DNA of 64,000 nucleotides from Marsupella aquatica (lineage: Eukaryota; Plantae; Marchantiophyta). Under the pieces are notes generated by a model that saw only the letters and a list, made by a program, of their open reading frames with translations, made no database searches and had not been told where the DNA came from. The stretch is taken from the NCBI GenBank assembly GCA_973895155.1, contig OZ316892.1:22793168-22857167 (forward strand), read 5' to 3'. Both the position numbers and the translations under genes were made by a program. Below, in pieces: positions 50,686-63,613 of this stretch. The first letter of the stretch is position 1. Each line of letters begins with the position of its first letter.

Positions 50686-53600
50686 GTCGTCAACCGAACA
50701 AGACCAAACTGTATTAAAAAAATCCCTCACACACGTCGAAACATGTACTTGATTCTTGTGAACTCTACGGACATTTTGAACTGGGAATTTCTGGCAAAGC
50801 ACGGAGCACAGAGCGATGGCGTTCGACACTGCTGCGAGCACAAGAACCAAACCCTGTGCAGAGCGCGTAGGGTCAAGTGGACTCGACGTGGCTAGTTCGA
50901 ACCAGGCCGAGGGCAGTTTGAACCCTGGTTGTTTTTAGAGGATGACGGTCGGGAATCCTGCTACCGCTGGAGATGGCCGTGATGATGGAGGTTGGGGCTA
51001 TTTGAGGGTGTTGGAAAATACAGGGTAAATTTTGGGTTTGGAGGTCAGCAACCTCCCGGCAACCTCCAAATCGCTGGAGATGCTCTTAGGGCAGGTTTGG
51101 TACCCCAGCATTTTGTCCATAGTCAAGTGCTGGGAGCATCTTTGACACTCCCTACTATTTTATGCGTGGACCTGAGAGACATTGAACTGGATTTAGTGTG
51201 ACTCCACTAATTGCAATGCAGGTTTACTTTCCTTTGTCTCCCAGGTGGGTCTTGATGGTGGACACCTACTGTACTTTAATGCCTAGGATAGATCGCGCAA
51301 ATCAAGGTTGTGAAAAGAAAAAGAAAAGCAAGGTCAGTCCTCAGCCCCTCAAAATTTCAGCGTTGAGCCAAGTGGTGTGTCAAATACCTCGAGTAACTGC
51401 ATCTTGCTTTTTCTATTCCCCACATGAAAAGCAATTCTCTTTGCAAACCACTACAAGTACTCGTAGATGCTTTCAGTTTTATCTTGTTGTTTATGTGTTT
51501 TGGATTTTGAAGGATCTCCTTTTTCTGTACTCTTATCTAGCTTGACATAGCTTTCGTCTTCGAGGATTCCTCTCTACACCTTTGTGTTCCGCAAATCTGG
51601 AGATTTTGCTTTAATATCTTGAAGAATTGTTTTCGGGAAAGGAAGCCAGAGAAAACATTCCACTGAACGATATGTTATCTTAGTTTCTCTGTTTCATTTT
51701 TTGACAAAAAAAACCTGGCTCTAGCTCGATTGACAGGATTGGGTGACTGACCCTCCCTCCTGGGCATGGGAATACCTTGTTTTCAATGAAAAGAAAATTT
51801 CCAACCCACAGACAATGAGCTACCCGCAAGAAAACTTCGCAGGGCCTGGTTTAGGCCTGAGGATACTTAGTCAAGGGTTACCAATCCTCGAGCAACCATA
51901 ACTTGAGCCTATCATAAGTTGCATATATTGTTTGTTTTACCAACTATTGTAGGTCAGATAACTCAGTTTTGTTGGTTTTGCTTCCGTGGGACACCAGGGA
52001 AAGGGAGACACCAAGGGTGCAATCTCAGATTTTGTGCTTACACGGTTATTTTTCTTTGATCTCATTATAAACTCAAGTGTAGGTTAAACTAAGTTACAAC
52101 CAGCAACACCAGGCACATAGTGTGCAATGCAAGGGAAAAGTCAAGTGCACCAACATTTGGTGTAACTAAGTTGTACAAGGTTAGGTTTATCAGAACAAGG
52201 GTACTAACAGGTGAGAATCGGGTGACTGAGTGGAGTGTTCTGTTCGTATATTCTACTTTTGGACTTGTTGTTCAAATTTTTGCCATATTCCTTTCTAAGT
52301 CTGTTTTTAGATTTCCGATCATTTCAGGTGTGGAAAACCATGATTGATGGTCCTCAACTAACTTTGTGGTCAGTAGTCTTAAGCAAGACCAAACACCTGA
52401 AATCCTACAAGACTCTCCACAATGCATTCAAAAAAAGGTGTTCAGATGACATTTTGGGAGGTAGAGACTTACAGAGGTATCTGCTTGATGGACCCCCTAC
52501 CAAAGTTTTGTTGCAAATAAGACACCACTCACATTTTTGTGTCATATGTTATTCTAGCTATTCTTTATAGGTGTTTTTCTTGATACTACGTTAATAATAG
52601 CTATTGTGAAAATTGATGTCAACCATGCTGGGAACATGAACTCCACATGGTGTACGTTGGATACTTTGCTCAACCTTGCTGGAACCATGAACTACAGGAT
52701 TTCGCCCGGGAACCACAAACTACTATGTAACTTAAGTAAAGACAATATTATTCATATCTGCAAGTTTGATGTGATTCAAATATTGTCCAAGTCTTGACGG
52801 AAAACAACAGAGATGTTGTCTTGCACTAGCCAAACCTAAATTGTCTAAGTGTGAAACCCCACTCCTACCACGATAAAATATTGACAACCTCCCAAGTTTG
52901 ACAGCAGCAGACGAGAAACGATCAAGACACCCAACGTCAAACCCTCCAGCCACAATGAAAATTTGAAAACCTGCCACAATTTTGCAATCATACAAGACTT
53001 CAACCAGAAGTGATGCACAAACCCGCTGCCATGTACCAGCAGATCCTGTACCCTCCTAAACAAGTGAAAGGTGGCTTCAAGGGGTCCTGGTATTTGCACA
53101 TCAATCATGACTATTTCCTATTAATTGTAATGGAGTATTCCATAATTTCAAATGACATCAAAATTACAACCCCATCCTGCCACTATTTTAAGGGGAATAT
53201 TCACTTTGTAAACTATGGGTACTAGCGCGCGGTATGTGGAAAAACTCACAAAAAGTAAACCCGGGCCTTCTCGCCGGGCCAGTTGGGTGGCCTTTCTTCT
53301 CGTGCTTGGTTCGCTTTCTAAAATTAAAAAGATTGTACTTGGTTACAAGGCGCACTGTTCCGTGCTGCCTTTTCATCTTTTGGGGTACTTTCCTTCAAGT
53401 TAAGTTATCCTTTTTGTAGGCAAAATCTAGAAAGGGGGGCAGTTCTCGGCTCCTATCCTTTGGTGCACATTTTCTGTAAGTGCCTTTTCCTCTTTTGGCA
53501 TTTTATTGCACTAAAGTCCTTCGAAATACTACTGTTTATGGGGTTCTGAGGAGGCAGAAAGCCTCTCTTCTGGCCCCCTATCTTTCAACAGGACTCCCAG

Positions 53601-55256
53601 GGGCCTAAAGGAAGGGTGGCCCAGCTTTTCGCTCAGCTGATCGACTAACCTCTTGGGAAGTGCTTTGCAGCAGAAGCATGAGGCTTCTAATATGGTGCAG
53701 GCCAACAGCCTAATTGCTGTTAAGTGCCTGCACTACTTACCCTAACCACTTCACTTCTTCATGACTATCAGTCCAAAAGAACAAAAATGCCAACTTGAGA
53801 GACAGTCTCCCAAAGGAAGGAGACCCAAGAGATCCAGGAAGACCAAAGAGCCAAAAGCCCCAGGCTGCCCCATGATGGGAAAGAAGCTATAACCCTCCTC
53901 AATAATACACAGAAAAGTTTGGTAAAGGGAATAAACCACATAGGAGTGTCACAAAGAGAATTTGTGTAGAGGCAGACCATTTTTACAACCCATGATATTG
54001 CTACTGCAACTGTATGGATAGAGTCGAATGCCAGGCCGTCCTTTCCTTTACCCCAGGAACTAGGTTTGAAACATGGAGTATTGATGGTAGGTCTGTTGGC
54101 TCCAGGGCCCATCAACTGTTGTTCCGCAGTAAAATTGCCATTCTCAAAAACAAGGAAATAAAAGATTGTAAGACGGTGCTAATCTTTCAGTCTGTGCACA
54201 ACCACAGCAAAACTTTCATTATTTTAATTTTTAGAGATAATATAAGTCTAGGTTAATTTCACCTTTGGGACCATATCTCTCAGTTTGGCGTTACTGTCTT
54301 TTTAGAGATAATATAAGTCTAGATTAATTTCTCCTGTTTAGATTTTTTAACTTTCAAACGAGGCATACACTGAATCGTCAGTGTTTACAGTTCGATGCTT
54401 AGAATACTGGGAGTTAAAATTTTCACGCTTGTTTCTTCTGCTTGAACTGACATGGCACTACGGTTTAATCCCAGACACAACGGCCGACTGTGGTAACCGC
54501 GGAGAACCATGGTAATTGTTTCCGGGACGACGTCAGTAAACGCAACCTTGGCTCGGTTCGGAGTCAACCTCACCGTCAGACGGTATCGTCGTCGTCGTCG
54601 ATAAAACCATAGTCCAGACTGTAGAGGCATTCCCGTGTGTCGGCTTTCATGTCCGTCCGAGTAATCTTTTCTTTTTCCTCTGGGAATCGTATCGAGACAC
54701 AGAGTCGAAACTTCGGTGCAGCACCGCGAGGTTGCGCGCAGCGTACCGCAGGACGGGTACAGGGTCTCCCGTTCGTGCGGATTCGTCAGAGATGCCAGAT
54801 GCCATCTTACCAGAGTTGCGGCCAGACCGTGCGGACGAGTAACTGCGCGTGGGGTATGGGGTGGGCCATGCAAGACGAGGGACTGAGGGAGGGGCTGGAC
54901 TGTACTGCTCGTAGCAGGCCGTGGTACCAGGACCGGTACACTGGTGATGATGAGCGCGATGCTCCGACATGGCCCCTCTCGCGTCGCAGACCCCTGCGGC
55001 CCTGGCCTTGCGGAAGGAGCCGCCGGGCACCGTCCACGACACTCGCCCGTGTATCGCGCTGCAGAGTATCTGAGGCTTCCATGCTTTATTATTAGGCGCG
55101 CCTCAAGACCTGACCCTCGAACGATGCTCCGACCTCTCCTGTGAGGGTCTCCTACTAGCGTAATTTTTACCACTTAATTAATAAACCAGGTCCGTGACCG
55201 GTGGGGGGTGTTCACAAATGGTTGAACTAAGTGAAACGCCTAAGTAAATGTGTTAA

Positions 55257-55464
55257 ATAATACCTGCCCCTATAAAGGGCTACGGGTAACCCCTAGTTCT
55301 CATTCTAATTCTAAAGAGTAGTTCAAAAATGTATTTTGAGCTCCACAAAAAGTGCTGACTGCAAAACCTTTTTTTAGCAAGTACTCTCCAAAATATGTTA
55401 ATGTTTCACCTTTTATGGTGAATAGTGAGACATGGAATGAGGTTGTTATAGTGATAGGTGTGGT
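55257..55464. mobile_element. ~208-bp TIR element flanked by TTAA (copy 1)
   Basis: TTAA|ATAATACCTGCCCCTATAAAG ... TTATAGTGATAGGTGTGGT|TTAA. Full-length inverted homolog at 57445-57649. Confidence 0.75.
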
Positions 55465-56899
55465 TTAAGGGGGGTTCACAAATGGCTGAACTAAGTTGAA
55501 TGTTTAAGTAGATGTGTTAAGAAGATAATTGGGTTATTTTCTGGTAAACCCACTGAACAAATCCTCCCTAGACATCTTAATTAAGAAGAAGAATATAATT
55601 GCAATACTTTTCATTTGGAACTTAAATAAATAAACGTTGTTACCGTTCACAACTTTGCCTAGACTGAGATGGGTGACTCGAGAATGCAGAGAAGGGGAGG
55701 ATGTGTATCAGGGTACCCTTTTGAAGTTTTTCTCCTTTTTGCCAGGGTGGCTAATTTCACCTCCTGTGAAAGGGAAGCTACTAAGATCTCCCGAGATGTA
55801 AGGATATCCATTAGATTCTGGCTAGTGGAAAACAAAAACCCTACTTAACATAATTTTCCCCAAAAGTAATAGAAAACACTGCAGTTGCTCGTGTCCTGCT
55901 GGGTTTCGCTGGGGCATGACCAGCAGGGCGGATGCTCCTTCCTTGACTTGGTGCTAGATTTGGAGTCTTGGAGTATTTAGCCAGAGTTGAGTATTTGTTG
56001 TTTTCTTGTTTTTTTGGTTCTACCCTGTCTCCTGAGACCAGGTGATATCTTCGGGCCATAGTTGTTATAACCAGCCCTGATCCACTGGAATGGCAAACCT
56101 AACTTGACTCCCTATGATTGTGGCTAATGCACACACTAAATGTCAAATTTGTTGCTACCAGAGAAATCATGGCCTATGGCTTCACTATATAGAATATGTC
56201 ATGAAGGGTAGACTTTGATCATGAATTATGGTATAGACAGGGGAACTAAAATGTGGAAGAAAGTGAAATTATCACGGGTGGGCGGTCCTAGCCTATTTTG
56301 ATTCTGATGGCAAGTCATCCCGGTCTCCCAAAAGCACCTTGCGGTGTGTGCATTTCAAAGTTGTCACAGAGTAGCTCAATTTCTCCATACCTTTGCCATT
56401 GTAGGGAAGGAAACTACACATAGGGAAATTCCATGGCAATCATCAATGATCATGCATATTCAAGCACAGCCATGCAGAACTTAGGGCCAACTTGCATGTA
56501 TGCAGTTCTTTGTTTTCTGGCCCTCAATTGAGCTGATGGCATGAGATGATTGAGTAGATTTCCATGCCTACACCCTGTCCTCAGGCATGCCTGACTAAAT
56601 GTAATGTGGACAACCAAGGGCAGGACAGGACAGGACAGGATGGGTCCTAGACCTGGAGAGATACTAACGGTCTGGATCACTCATGGGTCCATCACGAAAA
56701 ACTTGCATTTTGGGGGTCCATCAAGTATCTCTCTGCCTGGACCTGTGAAATCTCAAGAAAACAAACTGAGGCAGGGACACAAGTTGGACCAGGTGAGACC
56801 TAGCAGCAGCCAGTTATGGAGAACTCATGGCAGCCTACTTGCAAAACATCTCTTTAACTTGAACACAGGAAATTTTGGTGGCAATCACCAAATCACCCT

Positions 56900-57200
56900 C
56901 TCCGTTGTCTGTCTTTTATTTTGTTTCAAGGCTGATGTAAAGAACAATAACAAAACTGGTACCTCCCCCAAAAGAGAAAGGCCCAAGTAACCTACGCCCA
57001 TCAAGATGGCCGTCTTTGATTTTGTTGGAAGAACAACAAAACTGGCACCTCCCCTAAAAGACAAAGGCACAAGTAACCTAGATCCTTAAAGATGCCCGTC
57101 TTTTATTTTGTTTCGAAGCTGATGAAAACAACAAAACTTTGACCTCCCCACAAAGACACCAAGTAACCTACACCCATAAAGACGCCCATCTTGTTTTGGT
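56900..57200. repeat. Three-copy ~70-100-bp diverged tandem repeat
   Basis: 'aacaaaactgg.acctcccc.aaa...caagtaaccta' at ~56950, ~57035 and ~57130. Confidence 0.8.
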
Positions 57201-57444
57201 AGCATCCATTCCAAACTTAACACGTCACCGCCCTAGAAGTAGTGGAAGAACAAAACCATCTCGTTTTGCCCACTGTTTTCACTTTGTTTAGAGCATTTTT
57301 GACTAAACATGAATCCATCTGGTTTTGCTTATGACTGTAGTGTCATCCATAACTATTCACAATTTTATTTTTTTCATTAAAGACATTGTGACTAAGTAGG
57401 GTGAACTGGACCCACCTGTTTGAAAATTGACAGCGGAGCCTTAA

Positions 57445-57649
57445 ACCACACCTGTCACTATAAAAGTCTCATTCCATGTCTCACTACTCACCATACAAGG
57501 TGAAACACTAGTACATTTTGTGGAGTACTTGCCAAAAATAGATTTTTCTGTCAGCACCTTTTGTGGAGCTCAAAGCACATTTATGAACTTCTACTCCTTA
57601 GAATGAGAGCTACGGGTTACCCGTAGCCCTTTATAGGGGCAGGTGTGAT
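57445..57649. mobile_element. ~205-bp TIR element flanked by TTAA (copy 2, inverted relative to copy 1)
   Basis: TTAA|ACCACACCTGTCACTATAAAAG ... CTTTATAGGGGCAGGTGTGAT|TTAA, with a perfect subterminal hairpin GCTACGGG-TTA-CCCGTAGC. Confidence 0.8.
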
Positions 57650-58719
57650 TTAACTCAAAACACAGGAAAAATTCGATGGCAATCACCTATGACCTGTCCA
57701 TCATCAACATCTCTTTTTTTACTCCAGCCATTCCGAATTTATCTCATCAAATGATGAGTGTTTTGGGCAAGGTCTAACCAATGATGAATTCCCCTAATAT
57801 AAGGCAAAGCGCGCAACATGTTGAGTAGCCGCTATAATCATCCGGCAACTCGACGCCTTTTACTCACAAACGGGCGCCATCTTAGGCCGCGAGACATTTT
57901 GGCTGGCCGCTGTATTTAGCACGACTTTACTGCGGCACTGTGTGTGTCCGAAAGGTCCGATTGAAGACGATCCACGGTTCAGCCGCACCCGGTCGCGCAG
58001 GCTTTTGCCGAGCCGCTAAAGTTTGTTACTACTGTGTGACAAGCGATGAGGCGCAGATGAGACACAAATGAGACGAATCCGAGGGACCGGATCTGTTTAG
58101 ATTCCGGTCCCAAATCTCCGGATGACATGTTCGCTGAACACGTGTGTGTCAAACAGAAACATCCCACGTCCCAAGGTAAATCTCCCGAGTCCCTAAACAA
58201 AATCTTTCTCCGACTCCCAACAGAGATACTGTATTCTTGCGCGTTGTACAGTAGTGGTGTACAGGGGCGGTTTTGGATGGGATCGGAGACTCTTTTGGAG
58301 GACTTTGCAGCGGCCCCTTGCGGTACAGGCCCTACGGCCTACGAGGTATAGTCGCCCTGGTCCTCCGGATACTCGTGGCAAGGGTGACCCCACGAACACG
58401 AGGTGTCATCCCTGGATTTGCAATTTGCAGGTGGTTAATTTACTGTATACGGCAATCTCTCACACGAAGTTCTAGTATTGACACCTAAGTTCTGGTAGTG
58501 ACACCTGTTTTCTTCCATGCGAGAGAGATGGATGTCATTGCTTTTTGGGATATGTTATAAAATGAGAGGAAACATAGATGGACTAATGGAGGGGTTGGGC
58601 ACGCAGAGATGTGAGAAATTTTCGAGGCTTTTGGTTTTCGCCAGGTGGCTAAGGTCACCTTGTTTGAAATGAAGGAGATGATGCAAAGAAATTATTCATT
58701 TAAGTTTTATGGACTAGTT

Positions 58720-59510
58720 TCTGATCCTTGGACCTCCCTAGATTTAAAGAAAGCCGTCAGATTGTGTTTAATGAGGTCTGTGGTGAGATGATAAACTGGT
58801 GTCTTAAAAATATGCTCTCACACTCTGGACACACCCTCCTTTTTAGTAGAGTAGGGCAAAATTTGCTTCTTCCATTGTTTTCTTTCATCGAGTTTTTCAT
58901 GGATAAAGTAAGTATCCCCTGGCATGTAATTTCAATACCCTTGGAACACCCACTGCCCTTGTTTCCTTACCCAAACCACCATACAAAACTAACAATGATC
59001 TGAAATTGACTTCTCCATCTTGAAGAATGAACACCTCTTTTATACGACTCCTCTAACCCACCTCCCTAAGTGGCTAAGGTAGGATGAAAAATAAGGTTTA
59101 CATGGACGAAGGAAACAATCCTTTAAGAACTTGTAGAAAAATTCAATAGTTACCACATTTTCACTCCACAGGCAATTCTGGAAAAATCAACTAAAAGGAG
59201 AAGATTGACATGGCAAGTTCACAAATTGGGCTTAGAAACCTAAGGAATCTTCAAAGCAGTTCAACGAAACTAAGAAAATTTGTTTCAGTCCACATCTCAT
59301 GTTGGCTGTCAATACGCAACCAGTTAGAGACTCTCGTAGTTGAAGAAATTACCAGAAAAATTCATATCACCCCTTTTATTAAGCATCATCAAGTTAAAGT
59401 CAATGGCTTCTGACAATGCTACCATCCTATATTTGGCTACAAGCACAAATCTGCACATATTTTCCCCACCTTTAGATCCAAAGAGAGCAAGTGCTCGTAA
59501 TGAAACAACA
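58720..59510 (+). pseudogene. Possible L1 ORF1 remnant
   Basis: HQVKVNGF*QCYHPIFGYKHKSAHIFP resembles a decayed zinc-knuckle region. Fragmentary. Confidence 0.28.
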
Positions 59511-61297
59511 TTTCCCTTGACCTGTAAAGGACTTTTCCCAACTTTTCAGTAAGTTGGGGTTCATTCACAAGCAAAGTTTCCCTTCGTGCCCAGAGAGGCA
59601 TGGTAGTGTGGTAGCTCACTTGAGTTGAGACTCATAGGTCTAGATTTCAAATGTTGTGATTGACTATTCCTTTTCTATGAGATTTCACAGATTTTCCAGT
59701 AAAATGTTCTTCTTTTGTTAAAGTTTCATTTAGTACTTTAGACGAATCTCTGGGAAATACAGTGGTTACAATGGGACACAAAGGAGCTGGTCATGCAAAC
59801 TAGTAGGGGGAGTAGAGAAAGCTATGTCAGCAAGATGATAGACGCTTACATGGAATTCTTTTCTCCAGCAAGTAGGGGAACATGGTTTTCCAAACTTGTA
59901 CGCTACTTAAAACAAATATGAATCACTTATGTACAGCAGTTCTACTTTGCTTTGGACCTACTCAATTTTGAGAGGTTGGTAATGGCAAAGCCTAGTGAAA
60001 AGTGGACCTCACTTCTTATATATCATGTATATCGTTTCATTTAGACATTTTGTTTCCTGGCCTTCTTCCTTCTCAGGTGGCAATCTTACCTAACATCCCA
60101 AGATCTCTTAGTGGACATTTCACTTCACCTGGGGGTTTCCCCTTTCATGGGGAAATTTCCTTTGTCACCTGGTGTTTCTCCCTACACACAGATTGACTGA
60201 CAATCATCTTCCCTGTCACCTGGCAATTCCCCTGGTCACCGTAGGTTCTCGCAGGAGATATTTGATTTCACCCAGCCATTTTCCCTGTCACCCAGCCATT
60301 TTCCCTGTCACACAGCAACTTTGCCTGTCACCCAGGCTTTGTTTCAACTTGCACACGGCCGGACAGACCGACATACAACCCATACTATTGTTTGTCTAGC
60401 GCCGTCACTTTGGTTGGGAACATACAGTAAAGTCACGCGTGAAAGGAAATGTTTGTTTCTGACACTAAGCTTAGTTTAACGAGAAAGGAAACCTTGCCCA
60501 AGCAGCTTTGCCGCAGTGTTGCACAGCTTGGGTGGGGAAAATGCTTTGGGGTCTCTAACACCAAGTTGATGAATGCTGTGTAATATACTCCTCAGTAAAT
60601 TATGGTAGACTAGTTAGAAGTGGTCTGTTATATTCCATGAGTGGACTTTCTTGTGTTTAGTTGGAACTTGGAAGTTCTTGAACATTGTCTATCATGATCA
60701 TTGGCTGGTTGACTCTCTCTGTTGGGCACCAGATGAGGGGAAGTGAATTAATTTGGAGCTGTTCAGAGTTTCGCTCGAGTTTTGGGACAAGACTGACACA
60801 GAGCAGAGCCAGAGCAAAGATTGCTTCACAAAAGAATCAAAACTGAACAAGTGCTTGCGTTTGGGGTAGGCCCCTTTGATTTTGCAAATCAATACCTACC
60901 CATTGGTTCGTAAAGTGATTCCTAGCGTGAATGTCAGAACTTTCCTCATATGTAGATGGTGTTTGCTTCCAGTTCCACTCCCAACGCTAGTTGTGCCCCA
61001 CAGTTATGGACTAGAGGCTTTATTCTAAGCCATGGGCCCTTGTCCCAGCTTTCCATTGCACTTTATTAGAGAGATTGACACCTTTTCTTTTTGAATCAGG
61101 AAGTCGTTTTATAGCAAAGAAATTGGCATTTTCTGTGCCTCACAAAAAAGTATTGATTATATTAAAACTAAACATACACAACCACACAACTCTACATGAG
61201 AACAATAAATCTTTACAAGCTGGTCAAAGACGAGCATCTTGCAAATCACATTAATATGTAAATTGTCATTCTTCGCTCCCAAAATGAGAATTGGTTC

Positions 61298-61811
61298 TTG
61301 CCTCTGCTCTATGCTGCTTACGGAAAAGACCATGCACACGTAGCCAAGCTTTTTGTATTGTATCAGATCCACATGTTCCAGGCTGGACGGAAAATGTGTT
61401 TGACTTGGGCCTGGTGCTCTCGGAGACTGCTGATAATCTCTATGCTGCTAGCCGGAGACTCTCCCCGGGCAGGAAGGGTACTCGCCTCGTTAGGGCTAAG
61501 ACCTGGATTGATGAGCTCTGTATGTACTGGCTTGGTCACGGCAGCGGCCATATCACATCTGCTATGTGATCTGATTGGTTTGGCCAGCTCTTGTCTAGGG
61601 GGATTATTACCCCTTGTGTTATCTCAGCTGTGTAGGCTCTTTGGGGTCATGGAATTTTACCCTCTGCGGCCTGTTGGTCCGTGGGCGGTTGCGCTCTGTT
61701 TTGATGGTCCTGGCATAGGTGTGCCTTCTTTGGCTGTTTGTTCGCCCTGGCCGTGAGGTTTTTCACGGCCGGAAAAATGTTTTATAAACCTAAAAACCAT
61801 TCCAAGGAAGG
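61298..61811 (+). mobile_element. 5'-truncated LINE (L1-like ORF2 C-terminus plus 3' UTR)
   Basis: Exact 17-bp TSD AAAATGAGAATTGGTTC (61281-61297, 61812-61828). The peptide LASALCCLRKRPCTRSQAF resembles the W.LW..R...F motif after the L1 zinc finger. GT-rich UTR, stem-loop and A-rich tail follow. Confidence 0.8.
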
Positions 61812-62169
61812 AAAATGAGAATTGGTTCAATAATTTCTCTGCCTGATGTTAGGTTTTGCCGTCAGATCTTGGAATACTTTTTTGCATTCTCTTCGAATAC
61901 AGATGTGGATGACCAGAGCTTTGTGGTCACAATTGACTGAACATTACAATTTGTGACTATACGGTCTTGACAATAGAGAGGACAAGACACTCTGGGGCCA
62001 TCTTTAAGCCCCATCACAATACGGAACTAAAGTTTAGCCTCAAAGAAGGAATTCTTTTATAAAGAATTTGTTCGCAAAGCCTACACAATTCGCAACACAC
62101 TTTTGCTGCCAGGTGTTTTTTTTCATGCCTTAGAGGAGGATTTTTAAGTAAACATTTTTTTGGGGAGGG

Positions 62170-62560
62170 GAAGAACCCCAAAATTTTTAATTTTTAATAA
62201 GAATCTGCGAAAACCCCACGGAAAGGGGAAGCCAACAGGGCCAAACGGGAGGGCAAACCCAACAAAAGCCCAAGGCAGAGGCATAAAAACTCCAGGCAGC
62301 AGCACAAACCATGGAGAAAAGCCAGCCAAAGATACTTTAAAACAATAACAGACCCGAAGACAGGATCAGAGAGATCCTGAGACCTATCCCAATTTAAAAG
62401 ACCAACACCTGGAGAAACAATCCAGGAGAGAGACAAAAGATTGACCCTCCCGTAGGAAAAGTGAACCTGAAATGAGAGACCGCTAAACATCATTCGATGT
62501 GATTCGGCCACCACCGGTGCCCAACCATCTCTGCTTTTCAACATCCACATGTTGTTTAGC
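62170..62560 (-). mobile_element. Retroposon 3' fragment similar to the 61.3-kb element
   Basis: GT-rich UTR ending in CCGTGGGGTTTTCGCAG plus an A-rich tail, similar to CCGTGAGGTTTTTCACGG at ~61750. Confidence 0.5.
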
Positions 62561-63613
62561 TCTGATTCCTAGGGGAAACTTGTTCTTGCTTTTTCGTGCC
62601 ATTGTGAGGTATCTCCGAATAAAATGACATGGCTGACAATTTTAGACCAAATAAACAAACAGAGAGATTGTGGTGGCAACCTTGTTTTTTAATAAGAGAA
62701 AATCACTTTGGGTGGGTCAAATGTGGTATGCGCCACAGGTGCTTGTAGTAGTTGTAGGAATCATATTAAACAAACACAAAGTGCACATCACCTTTGGTGT
62801 GCACCGAAATGGGTTCTTTGTAAAGAGAGAACATAATCTCCATACTTTGTAGATATTTTCTTTCTTTCCGAGAGCGGCAACCCCCTCCCCCACAAAAAAA
62901 AACACCTAAAAACAAAACATCCGCCAGCCAAAAACATTTTTTTACAAAGTGCTGAGCTGAAGAACGTAGCACTGGTGACAGCCCACCTTTACTTTACCTT
63001 GTTCGAATTCGATCATACGCATGTTAAATGATTGAAAAACCCAAAAGGCAGCCGTCACCTCACCTTACATCAACCTTCCCTAGATAAAAACAAAAACCAA
63101 AAACATCATCCTGCTGGTTGATGTTGTGATTGATTCTCTGCCCATCGACAATCATGGAGAAAGCAATGCACATTAGAGGAGAAGAGGTACCTGGGAAGGT
63201 GAGCCTATATACTATGTATACATATAGAATAGATTAGCATAGTCAAGGTTGAAGATGGAAATTTGTGAGGCAGAGGGGATGTGGGTGGATCCAGAGGCAA
63301 GATGCCCAGACATGTAGAAAGTACACTAGAAAGTACCTACAGAAGGGAATCATTGCCAGTCATTTATCAAGGGCAATTTTGGCCGGATTTTACCTTGTAA
63401 CCCTTCCACCTAACATATAAACTAAATTTTCAGAAGTTTTCAGGTGACTTGCCTCAATCCTTAGTGAAACTCACTAACTTCGAGATTCTCCTTAGATCAC
63501 GGAAATTTCTGTAGACTCAATATAGATCTACATATACTTTATAATTCATGATTGAGGTCGACCGTTCATGACTTACTCGGAAGGGTGAATCTATAGGTCA
63601 TTATTATTAAATA

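Larger units (their letters stand above)
49176..51085. mobile_element. PIF/Harbinger DNA transposon, internal-deletion derivative (1910 bp)
   Basis: TIRs GAGCATCTCCA(A/G)CG with TTA TSD (49173-49175, 51086-51088). Carries convergent Myb/SANT ORF1 and transposase remnants. An empty-site paralog 'gggttagggcaggtttgg' lies at ~49061. Confidence 0.96.

Noticed and set aside
54385-55173. 262-aa ORF and overlapping ORFs as protein genes
   Set aside because: Arg/Pro-rich with no recognisable domain and several open frames on both strands, as expected for GC-rich non-coding DNA.
58155-58205. snRNA-type USE (ATCCCACGTC) with a nearby CCCTAAAC suggesting telomerase RNA
   Set aside because: The USE is imperfect, no TATA box lies at the expected spacing, and the telomere-like match is short and too close to the USE.
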